A DNA stretch of 64,000 nt from Octopus vulgaris (lineage: Eukaryota), in NCBI GenBank assembly GCA_951406725.2, contig OX597815.1:121830001-121894000 (forward strand), in the 5' to 3' direction. The notes beneath the pieces are model-generated. The model saw only the letters and a program-made list of their open reading frames with translations. It searched no databases and was not told where the DNA came from. The position numbers were made by a program, and so were the translations under genes. This document shows, in pieces, positions 25,725 through 37,512 of this stretch (the first letter of the stretch is position 1; each line of letters starts with the position of its first letter).

Positions 25725-26736
25725 ATCCTTTCCTCTATAGGCACAAGGTTGAGAATCTTGCAGGGAGCAGCAAGTCAATTACACCGATGCCAATGTTCAA
25801 CTAGTACTTATTTTTATCAATCCCCCAAAAAGATGAAAACCAAAGTTGACCTTAGTGGCATTTGAACTCTCAGAATGTAAAAACAGACTAGGTGCTGTTA
25901 TATATTTTGCCTGTCATGCTAACGGTTCTACCAGCTCACTGCATTAATAATAATAATCATTTATATCATAGCAGTGGTTCTCAACCGGGGTCCATATGGC
26001 TCTTGAGGGTTCACATAAGAATTGGGGGGTCCATGCAACAAAATAATAAATTGAAGATCCACAATAGTATGTCGTGAGTCCCTGAAAAAGTTTTGCTTTA
26101 GATGTTTGTATTGGTATGTATTGCAAGAAGCAGCGAGGTTTCATTCTCCAACATTTTACATAGTTCAACTTACACAAGTTAATGTGAGTAAATCAAAACA
26201 GGAATTTTGAAAGAAGTTTCTATAAAACTAGTTTTTAAACATGGAATGATCAATGGGGTTCCACCAGAAAAGAATAGTAATCAAAGGGGTTCAAAGATAA
26301 AAATTGGTTGAGAACCCATGTACTATATGCATAAGGCCCGAAATTTAGGGGAAGAGGACTAGTTAATTACATCAACCCATGTTTCACTGACACTTAATTA
26401 ATCAACCCTGAAAGGATAAAAGGCAAAGTCGACTTCAAAATATAGCAGCAGATGAAATACTGCTAAGCATTTTGCCGGCATGCTAACAACTCTACCAGCT
26501 CGACACCTTAGTAATAATAATAATCCTTTCTACTATATGCACAAGGCTTGAAATTTTGTGGGAGGGGACTAGTCAATTACATCAACCTCAGTGTTTCACT
26601 GGTACTTAATTTATTGACCTCGAAAGGATGAAAGGTAAAGTCGACCTCGGCAGAATCTGAACTCAGAACATAGCAACTGGCAAAATACCACTAAGCATTT
26701 CACCCAGTGTGCTAACAATTCTATCATCTCACCACC

Positions 26737-26740
<4 letters not shown>
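25725..26740 (-). mobile_element. Head-to-tail array of three SINE family B copies, interrupted by a hAT MITE
   Basis: Copies at ~25725-25945, ~26321-26508 and ~26522-26738, separated by (AAT)n; MITE at 25972-26320. Confidence 0.8.
25972..26320. mobile_element. hAT-Charlie-like MITE (copy 1)
   Basis: TIRs CAGTGGTTCTCAACC...GGTTGAGAACCCATG. Internal sequence is shared with the copy at ~63345-63655. Degenerate 8-bp flanks tatcatag/tactatat. Confidence 0.85.

Positions 26741-26789
<49 letters not shown>
26739..26789. repeat. (AAT)n microsatellite; other long tracts include (TG)n 37221-37280, (TATG)n/(TA)n 4939-5013 and (TA)n 17812-17847
   Basis: Directly visible simple repeats. Confidence 0.95.
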
Positions 26790-27765
26790 CAGGTTGAGCT
26801 TTGTAAACCTAAGAATTAAAAATTATATACTTTAAAGTAGTTGAACTGGAATTTTACTATGACAATCTTTTTCCAACAACTTTCTTTTTTTTTTTCATAA
26901 ACAGAAACACCTTTTGATGTTCTGTGTATGAAAAATCATAGGAATGTATTAAGTTTTTACACAAATATTTCTTTGAACTCTTAAATGAATGACTTCAAAT
27001 GAATTACTATTCTTGAGTAGTAAATGAGATGTAAGAGAGAGATGAAAAATTACATCTCAATGGATGAAATTATGAATGTAGGTAGAAACAAAGCTAAAAG
27101 GGACAGTTTGTCATATTCGTTGATTAATTCCTTATAGTACCTTTTATAAATAATATCTGCCCTCTAATAACTTCAGTGAAATTAATGAAAGACTGATCTA
27201 TGTCAATCTTTGGTATCGTGGATGAAAAATTTGCTGTTAAAGAGCACCACTACTATTGCGATGTGTACTGTCAGGGCCATCTCCTCCAAACCATATACCT
27301 CTTAAATCTGGGTTCTGTAATTTTTCTCACTCTTCTTTCTGATGCATCTGATATCCTCTCTCATAAAACACACACACACACACAGATAATTCCAGTCTTT
27401 TTAACGTTTCATAAGTCACTGGTATGCAACTTAAATGCTACATTCTAGATATGCACTAGCTCCTTTAACAATGATCTTGAAAATATTTCTAAATGGGAGA
27501 TATGACAACCTTATCTCTTTCAACAGTACAAGGATATAATATATATGAAGGAAACAGACTGTACACTTTACTCTCTTGAGACATGAACAATACACAACTA
27601 AAACTTTCCAAAGTTATAATGAATGCTAATTGTCATAATCATTGATGATTTTGCATAGCAACCCACATAATTAACATCACTAATACCATACTACAAAGAC
27701 TCGTGCTCTTCAGGGACAAGTAATATTGCAGTCCTAATAATTTACTGAACTTTTATAGAACTTAA

Positions 27766-27972
27766 CCCTTTAGTATTTAAACTGGCCCCTTAACCAACCC
27801 AAATATTCTGTTTTATATTCAAACCAGCCAAGTCTGGCCTATCACACTTACTCTACAATGTCATTCTATAAATAAACAATCATATCATTGAAATGTTGAA
27901 GCTACAAGACAATGCCTAATAATGTGAATAAATAAGCATTCTATTTGACAGAGTAATTTAAATGCTAAATAG
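27766..27972. mobile_element. piggyBac-like MITE
   Basis: TTAA|CCCTTTAGTATTTAAA ... TTTAAATGCTAAATAG|TTAA. Confidence 0.7.
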
Positions 27973-28577
27973 TTAATTAAGATCCACAAAGGAGTGTAGC
28001 TCATATCTATGGATTGTTGTTCCTTTACACATATAAACATTTGACTGATTTATAATGGTTTATACTGCAATCACTGGCTCACAGATACACTGTTTCTCCT
28101 TTTTGCGTCTTCCATCACAATTGGAGAGGTTGTCACCCTTTTGAAATAACTAGCTTAGAGGTACCCTCTTTATCCAAACCCAATTAACTTTCCTTAATAT
28201 TTTTCTTTCTCGCCACACCTGCCAGACCATAAACTAAATGTTTTACTCCATCCTTCCTTTTTAGACATCTGTCTGAAATTCCCTTTGTGCCAACTTTTAT
28301 CCAGCAAGTAGTGACCTGCAAAAGTTAAAGCTATCAACCCTATCAATACTACAAGTCTAGGATGGCCTGTGAAGGTCATAGGCACTACTATCCTGTTATG
28401 AATAAATTATAAAGAAAAAAACTACATTTGAACCAGCTACTATTTTTTTATAAATGATGTTTAAGGTTTAATTTTAAAATGATTACTGAATATTTCAAGA
28501 TTACTTTTAATATTATATTCCACACTGTTTTAAATAGAGGAAAATATATACAAAAACACAACGAAAGAAATACTTAC

Positions 28578-28707
28578 CAAAAACCTCAAGAACTGCACTT
28601 GCTGTATCACATCCCAGATCATTTTCAACAATACATATATAAATTCCAGCATCTGAGAGCTCAACTGAATTAATTTCCAAATAGTTAAAGTCCAACGATC
28701 GGTAAAG
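28578..28707 (-). CDS. Coding exon, second half of Ig domain 1 (LYRSLDFNYLEINSVELSDAGIYICIVENDLGCDTASAVLEVF)
   Basis: Acceptor ttttttaacactcacag| and donor G|gtaag; 130 nt. Canonical LEI..V..SDAGIYIC...N..G I-set motif. Phase 0 in, phase 1 out. Confidence 0.95.
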
Positions 28708-30515
28708 CTGTGAGTGTTAAAAAAATACACAGTTCAAATTTAAAAAAAAGCACAATTGGCAAAAAAAAAAAAGAAAAAAACAAATGGATTAGTAATTCAT
28801 TTAGATTTAGACTTACTTTCTTTTTGGTTAAAGCTTAGCTGGAGTTGAACAGTAAATAGGGTTTGTGTTCCCCCCCACCTTGTGAACAAAAATTAAATAA
28901 AAAATATTAGCCAAGAGAAAATTGAACTTGTACCTTCTTTATTGACACCTTTGTATATATATATATATATATGACAATGTTATAAATCTTATGAATAATA
29001 TTCACTTGTTTTTTGTTGGTTTTTTTTTTGGTTTTTTTTTCTAAGTCTTTGTTCAAAGCATGTGATTTTTATGTGAAAAACTACATATTTCAGCCTTGAG
29101 ATTTCAAATTAATAAACTAAATTCTTTATCACCAAATATGAGAAAATTAACACTTTAAACGATGGAATATGCTCTACTTAACTCTATGGCCAAAGTAACT
29201 ACAAAGAGATATTTCATAGAAACAGATGTTTTACATTTATTCACTTTCTAATTACTAGATCTTATAATTGTATGTAATATATAACATTGAAATTGATCAT
29301 TAAAAACAGAAAATATGAATATCTGATGCATTAAATTTAAAATATCATATTCCTGAAAGTAAGTAGATACCTGAAAAATCCTTCTTTTAAATTTACTGTC
29401 ATTCAAGTTATAAAGTTGTCAAAACTTATTTCTATTAATAATACAGAGTTACAACTTTACTTTCAAGCACAAGACACTCTACAATAAACAGACAAGCATG
29501 GATCCTTAGAACTTGACTCCATTATGTTACTAACAATAATGGAATCAATGCCAATACCAGAGTTTAAGAATGCACTAATCCTCAGCACTAACAATAATTT
29601 CTCATTATTTCTTATTCTGATACTATAATGACTTCTGCTCTTATGAACTAACTGCATTATTCAACCCCAACTGACCCAACCATCTCTCCTTCTCCCAACA
29701 TCATCACTGTGTCTTACCTGCCAGACTAAATTCCTTGCTCAGCCCCCTATAATTCACACTAAGGCTTTAGTATTAATTTATTCTCCCAGATGAACATATG
29801 CAATGTTAGTCACAAAGTTCTACGAGTTGCTGGTATCTCAGCCGATATATTCCTTAAATGAGTCTAAATTTCTAATTTCAAAGATAACACACTCAGTGCA
29901 CACATTACGTGAATAGTTTGTAGATTTAACTTAACAAGCCATGCAACTGTGAAATATGAAAATACTGACTTGGAAGCTTAAGAAGACTCAACATGAGGGA
30001 CCGTATAAGCTATTGGATTACAAATACATGTATCAGGAGTTCAAATCTATCACAGACATCTTGTTTAGTCTCTGAGTAGAGCAGTTTTTTCTATATGACT
30101 ATTCACCTAACAGTCAGAAACAGGTACCAAAAGTTCTGGTGAAAATTATTGGTAATAGACTAGTTTCTTAGGCATAAAGTCTAACTTACTTAACACCATA
30201 AAAACTAGAGATAAATTCCATCCTATGAACAGTTAAGGTTCACATGGCCAACTTAGGGTCAATCCTGAAATGGGTAACAATTTTTGCCCCTACTTAATAC
30301 AATTTTCAACAGTATACAGATAATTGAATGTTCAATCAATCTATGGGTAACTTGATCAGTTAGCAGTACGATATAATTAAGTTCAACAGATGTTAATTTA
30401 GAAATACATAAATGTGTGTGTGTGCATGCTGACTTTCTATATACATATATATATATATCAGTTACCATCTGTCGAACAAAACTATATCCTGCAAGTATGT
30501 GAGAGAGAGAAAGAG

Positions 30516-30553
<38 letters not shown>

Positions 30554-32119
30554 CGTGCAGTCCTCAGTCAACATCTGTTGGAGTAAATTAGATCTTGGGT
30601 GTGGGTGTGTAGTGAGAGAGTGAGAGAAAATTAATTCATGGACGAGAGAGTGAGAGAAAATTAATTCATGGACCGAGTAATAAAGCAGTTGAGAAAATGC
30701 TGAAGATTTCTGATATCTAGTTTGATTTTGTGCAACACTGTAGAAGTTATATTCCAGTTAAATAATTGTTGTTGTTTAGCTCCAAACCAACTCTGAACAA
30801 GTAAATCTATAAAAAGGTGTTCCAGCAATGATCACCCTATCGTTTTTCAGTTGCTGTGTTTCAAGGACTTTATCATTCAAAATATCAAGTTTATGCCGTG
30901 CTGGTGGCACGTAAAAAGCACCCACTACACTCTCGGAGTGGTTGGCGTTAGGAAGGGCATCCAGCTGTAGAAACTCTGCCAGATCAAGATTGGAGCCTGG
31001 TGCAGCCATCTGGCTCGCCAGCCCTCAGTCAAAATCGTCCAACCCATGCCAGCATGGAAGGCAGACATTAAACAATGATGATGATGATCTTTTATCCTTT
31101 ACTTGTTTCAGTCACTGGACTGCAGCCATACTAAGCTTAGTCAAACAAGCTGACCCCAGTACTTATTTTTTTAAGTCTGGTACTAAATCTAATGGTCTCT
31201 TTCGCTAAACTGCTGAGTTACAGGGATGTAAACAAACCAATACTGGTTGTTAAGAGTGGTTGGGAACCAAACACAAACACGATATCCTTTCTATTATAGA
31301 CACAGGGTGTGAAATTTCGAGAGCGGGGGCTAGTCGATTACATCTCCCCCAGTATTCAACTGGTGCTTATTTAATCAACCACAGAAAGATAAAAGGTAAA
31401 GTCGACCTCAGTAGAGTTCAAACTCTCAGACAAAATACCATTAAACATTTTGCCTGGTGTACTAACGATTCTGCAAGTTCATTGCCTTGCACACATATAT
31501 ATCAGCTTCCTGACATCCACTTTTCCATACTTGTAGATGAAGTTTATTAAAGCAGATTTTCAATGGCTGGATGCCCTTCCTGTTACTAACTCTTATCTAT
31601 TTCCAAGTAAGGTGGAAACAAATGACTGCTTGTATGATAATGACACTAATTTACAACTATCATAATGTCAAGACAAGGGGTAATAAACTAACACACATAA
31701 ACCAACATCATATATATATATAACATCATATATGTATGTATGTATAAAAATGGAACAAAAACACAATAGATAGCATTAAAACGTTCGGACAGATAGACAA
31801 CACAAAGGTGGACAAGAGAAACAACAATTAGAAGGACAGGCATAAAAGATGGGTCATTCTTGGCTTTCTTTCTTCAGTAAAGTACCAGAAGTCACAACCT
31901 TTTCGGACTTGAGATGGTTCAATCTGGTTGTCCCCAAAAATTCTAAGCTAAGAGCATTAAACCTACACAGGAGTGGCTGCATTATAAGAAGCTTGCTTAC
32001 CAACCACATGGCACCTTGGGCAAGTATCTTCTACTATAGCATCAGGCTGACCAAAGCTTTGTGAGTGGATATGGGAGATGGAAACTGAAGAAGCCCATCA
32101 TATATATATATATATCACA

Positions 32120-32170
32120 CCGTTTCCGATGAAGGGATATAATAAATATCCTAGAAACAGCTGTAAGACC
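32120..32170 (+). ncRNA. Variant minimal type-I hammerhead-like motif inserted in a SINE
   Basis: gtttCCGATGA-agggatat(aataa)atatccta-GAAA-cagctg-TA-agac: palindromic stem III ACAGCTGT and GUA cleavage triplet. Deviations are U4C and an A.A pair closing stem II. Confidence 0.5.
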
Positions 32171-34875
32171 TATTTATAAATGTTCTAAAATCTACTCAGC
32201 CTTGGTTTGTTATCTCATTACAGAAAAAATTTTACGTTCCCCGTAACTTAGTGGTTCAGCAAAAGAGTCCAATAGAATAAGTACTAGGCTTACAAAGAAT
32301 AAGTCCTGGAGTCGATTTGTTTGACTAAAAGTGGTGCTCCGACATGTCTGCAGTCAAATGACTGAAACAAATAATATATATATATACATATATATAATCA
32401 TCATTTAACATCCGCTTTCCATGCTGGCATGGGTTGGACAGTTTGACATGGAGCTGGCTGCTGGCAGGGAGCTGTCCAGACTCCAGTTGTCTGTCTTGAC
32501 ATTGTTTCTATGGTTGGATGCCCTTCCTAACACCAACCACTTAGTGTGCTGTGTGCTTTTTATGTGCCACTGGCAGTGCATTTATGTAACACCAGCACAA
32601 GTGCTTTTTATGTGACACCAGCACCTGACAGGACAAGCCTGTTGTATGGAAGACAGAAATTTTACTTAGCTTGACATTCATCAAGTACAACCAATTGCCA
32701 CTTCTCCACAAGCTTCTTTCAGTTTCTATCAACCAAATTCACTTACAATGCTTCAGTCAGCCTGGGACTATAGTGGAAGATACTTGCCCAAGATACCATG
32801 CAGTAGGGGTGAACCTAAAACTATGTGGTTGGAAAGTAGAATTCTAAACTACACATCTAAGCCTGCACGTAATGTACTTGAAAAAGAAAAAAAAAGAAAG
32901 AAATTGAGAGTGTAAAGATTCCTTTGCTGATTCATCCAATGACAGAGTTGTTAGCTAAAACCAACAAGTTATATTTTTTATTTGAAGACCTGAATAAAGG
33001 TATGTTTACAAGGTTACAGAAAACAGCTGTGTGGACTAGTAATTATTCATATTACATTCACTCGGGAATGTAGGCTTTAGATAGCTGCTTTACAGGAACT
33101 TGGATTTCATTTTATAGCTTGAGATCAAAAATAATAAAATTGAAAGTTAGTGTGAACAGAAATATACTTGTTTACTGTTCAGAATTAACCAGGGGAAATT
33201 ATCATTTTTGTAAGTTGAGAAGAGGAGCTGAACTCTAAGAAGGTGAATAGAGATATCGTTGAGATAGAGATCTCTGGGTTAACAGTGTCAAAAGGATACT
33301 TAACATGTGAGAAGCAGCTGGATAGAAATAGTACAACATAGACTTGGTATATGTGAGTGTGTAAAAGGCGTATACCATCTAATTTTATTATTTAATGAGA
33401 TACTTCACGGTCACACTAATTGCATAGGTGGAGTCAGCATAAGCAAATTAGGCATGAGTTTATATTACTTCACTGACCTGATCAAAATGAGATGTCAAAT
33501 ACGAGAGGTGTATGAAAAGTTTTGTACCATGTTTTGTTTTTTGAGGCTCAAGACTTTTCATACACCCCTCGTAAAAGATATATATATATATATAACCAAC
33601 TAGCAAAATGCACATTTTAATGCATAAATATAAAGGAAGTATGCATATTCTTATTTTACTGAATTTTTATATTTTAGCATTAGAAATAATAAAAAAAAAA
33701 AAACCGAAAGATAAATAATAGCTTTTAACAAAATTAAAAGATATATATATTTCTTTATTCATAAAAGCCAATAATCTATCTTGTGTATACGTGGGTGTGT
33801 ATATAAAATTGAAGTAATGAAATATAAATATATACTTTTAAAAGCAGAATTAGGATATGGTTGAGAAGGAATACCGACAATTCAGCAAATAGACAATTCA
33901 GTGTATGAAATATATGCAATTATTATTACATTATATTGGTGTTGATAGTATATCTAATGCACATGCAACCTACAAACACAGCAGTCATAGAATAGATTAA
34001 CTATACATAAACAAAAAGCATACATATATATGAAACAAACACCAGCAAAAAAAAAAAAAACATATACACACGCCCATACAAAATAACCTTTACCTAAATT
34101 CAATAAGATGTCCTGCACTGAATTGTTTTTGCACTGAATTATCTGGTGCTAAACTGTCACATCACAAGTAGAGATACAGATTGGGTTAGATATATTTGAG
34201 AAGTAGAATGGGAGTGATGCTTACTACCTACAGTTATGTACATTAGAAACTAGGAATCTGACTGAGAAGACCCAGCAAATAAAGTGAGTCCACAGCTGTA
34301 ACCTACACCAGTGTTGCATAACCAGCCCACTCAAAAGTACCTTGGATCATAGGGCAACATGCTGTGCTTGAGGAGACCTATTGAGTCAAGTACATCAACA
34401 TCAGCAATATCAAAATCAAATCAAATGGAAATTGTAGTTGTGAGCCCCATGCCAGTAGCACGTAAAAAGCACCATCCGAACATGGCTGATGCCAGCGCTG
34501 CCTTGACTGGCTTCCGTGGCGGTGGCTTGTAAAAAGCACCATCCGATCGAAAAAAACCTGCCTCAGCAAAATTCAGTCTGACCCATGCAAGCATTGAGAA
34601 TGAATATTGAAACAATGATGCTGATGATATATATATATATATGCACATATTATATATATGTGTACATACACAAACACATGTACACATAGACAAACACACT
34701 CTACAAGAGAGTTAATTCTTAAGGAAAAAAATTCAAAGAAAACCATAGCTGTAAACTGACTGTAGATTACACTCACATGAAAGATTTGAATCTAAAGAAA
34801 GGATTTAAGCATCCACTTAAAAGTATAACTCTATGAACAAAAACTGAAATGAATAGTTAAAGAAAATTGTCTTAC

Positions 34876-35071
34876 TTTATATTTTTCACTTTGTTCAATG
34901 ACTTTGCTATATCTTTCCCAACGTAAGGTGCCTTTTCCTTCAAATGATGCCTTGAACTTGACTGATTTACCAACATCACCAAATTGCTTTCTGGGTTTAA
35001 TGATAAATTCAGGTCTTTTTTCATCTGTTGCTGGCCTGGGAGTCACTGCTGGAGTTTCCACATCTTCTGTC
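34876..35071 (-). CDS. Coding exon of a titin/UNC-89/MLCK-like I-set Ig protein: linker plus first half of Ig domain 1 (TEDVETPAVTPRPATDEKRPEFIIKPRKQFGDVGKSVKFKASFEGKGTLRWERYSKVIEQSEKYK)
   Basis: Acceptor tttttttag|G and donor AAA|gtaag; 196 nt (1 nt + 65 codons). Has the I-set start motif P-E-F and the C-strand Trp. Its phase-0 end joins exon 28707 in frame. Confidence 0.92.
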
Positions 35072-37058
35072 CTAAAAAAATGTATAAAGCAATAGACACA
35101 AGCTTTTTTCACCACAACCAATATTCTATATGGCATGATCAGAGATTAGCAAAGCTTCCTACTGAATGTAAAATAAAAACAATTTCAGTAATCTCTAAAG
35201 GAACAAGACTATTTCATTAGGATGGTACTATCCACCTGAAGGGAAAATTTAGAAAAGAGGTGGACAAGGCAACTTATTTTTGCAGCTGCTCTTAATTGAA
35301 TCTAAATACTGATGGTACTTCAGATAAAGCCAAAGATTGGCTCACATATTTCATTTCTTCATTTAACATCTATTTTTCCATGTAAGTGTGGGTTGGACTG
35401 GGACATATTTGGGGAAAGCCTTTATGGCAGGGTGCTCTGCCTGTCACTAACTCTTACACATTTTTTCAATTAAGAGATTGATTTTTTTCCAAAGGGCTTT
35501 GAAATTTCAAAACTACTTGTAATGTTAACCAGCTGTATAAACATATTGCCATCTCACTAAAGTGAAGTTGTGGGATATCAACATTCTCATACATATATTT
35601 CTTTATTGCCCATAGAGGGATAAACATAGAGGGGACTAACAAGGACAGACAAAGGGATTAAGTTGATTATACTGGCCCCAGTGTGTAACTGGTACTTATT
35701 TAATCAACCCCAAAAGGATGGAAGGTAAAGTCGACTGCAACAGAATTTGAACTCAGAACATAACAGCAGCCGAAATACCACTAAGCATTTCGCCTAGCAT
35801 GCTAACGATTCTGCCAGCTTGCCGCCCTCATACATTTGTGCGCACACACACACACACACATAAATTATAGGCTTCCTACAGTTTCTATTTTCCAAAATTA
35901 CAAAGTAGAAGGCACTGCCCAAGATACCATGTAGTGGAAAAGAACCCCAAAATACTTGAATGCAACAGGAACTTTTAATACTACAGCTGTCCTTGCATCT
36001 TTACAAAATTTCATTTTCAGTGTAATGCCATGATAAACGAAATGTAAGTTACATTCAAAATTGGAAAGAAAAACTCAAATATTCGAAGTAATACAGCAAA
36101 TAGTCTCAGGTTAAAATTTGCAACAAAACAATTGAGTATGAAAGAGACATTGTTTTAAGCAATTGGAGAAGTTTCATCAAGTACAACAGAGACTGACATG
36201 AACAGTCTGTAATACTTGCTTGATATTTTATGATCAATAATTTTCCCAATCAACCATAGGGAATGCAAGGAAGAGGAAAATTGCACTTTGATAAAGAACG
36301 AATACAGAATTGATGAAATAGTATTGCATATATATATATAAATATATATATATAATTTATGTAAACTGTGCTTGTAAGGTTTACAGTTGAAACTAGAGTT
36401 CTTACATGTAAATAATATGAATTAATAGCATTCATTACTCAGGACATTCATGAAAAGAAGTGAACGGTTGCATACAAGAAATTTAAAAACAATTATGAAG
36501 TCCATTAGCTGTAAGTTAACCTCAATCAATGAAGTTCACTGCCTGCCTGCATGTACACACACACACACACTTGTATTTGTACATGCATAATATTTAGTGT
36601 AGTGTAGTTGTGTACGTGTATGTGTTCATCCTCCATTTTTCATAGAGTAAGAGATGTAATGCAATTTTTGGTTGCTAGTTCAATCAGGCTGAACAGCCAT
36701 GTTAGAGCAGGGAACCACATAGATGATCCGTTATTAACTCAAATGACTTCGTTAAGGACCCTTCAGCAGTTCAAGAAATCATATGGAAGATCTCTTTTGC
36801 TTCAGTGACCATATAAAAAAGACTATTATTTTAAGTAACCACATAATGGATCCCTAAGGTGTTCAAAAGAACATGTTGATGATGCTTCTTTAGTCCAAGT
36901 AATCACATAGAAAACCCTTCATTAATCTGCAGAGCCGATAGATTACAAGGGCAAATTAGGCTTCTAGTATGTGATGGATAACATGTTAATTGTGAAATGG
37001 TTATTGGATTTGGTTCCTTTTCATAGTTTCATAAAGAATTCTAATATTCTTAATATAC

Positions 37059-37217
37059 AGGCACAGGCATGGAAGTGTGATTAAGAAGCTTGCATCCCAA
37101 CCATTTGGTCTCGGGTCCAGTCTCATTGCCTACACCTTGGGCAAGTGTCTTCTATTATAGCCCAGGGCTGACTAAACCTTGTGAATAGATTTATAAATGG
37201 AAATTTTGAGAACCCTG

Positions 37218-37281
<64 letters not shown>

Positions 37282-37512
37282 ATGCATGCATGCAAGCGCA
37301 CACTCTCAACATCATTGTATATGAGCATCATTGAAACAAGTGATGTTATACATTTCCAGTCTTCCATGAAAAACATCTGGCTAGGAGGAAATATTAGTGT
37401 GCTTCAAAACAGGTTGGTGTTGGCATCAGGAAGGCATCTAACAGTAAAAAATCTGCCTTGGGCTTCATCTGACCCATGTAAGCATGGAAAAATGAATGTT
37501 AAATGATCATGA
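37059..37512 (+). mobile_element. SINE family D: family-A head with an RTE-like tail (other copies ~7290-7700-, 12055-12515-, 20165-20585-)
   Basis: The head matches family A up to the (TG)n tract. A different body follows, ending aggaaggcatc...acccatg.aagcatggaaaa.tg.a.gttaaatgat like the RTE 3' ends. Confidence 0.75.

Noticed and set aside
27270-27347. Minus-strand frame DASERRVRKITEPRFKR resembling an Ig start after exon 28578
   Set aside because: The acceptor context is purine-rich (gagaggatatcag). The gtatat donor would be phase 2, incompatible with exon 10981, and read-through soon hits TGA.
22422-30673. Short direct repeats (22422-22512; 30-bp duplication at ~30614-30673) as CRISPR-like arrays
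   Set aside because: There are no unique spacers of regular length and no cas genes, and the context is eukaryotic. They are ordinary local duplications.
34094-34148. Open stretch PDNSVQKQFSAGHLIEF with a gtaaag donor
   Set aside because: It lies in the phase-0 intron splitting Ig1. The phases do not fit and inclusion would disrupt the domain.
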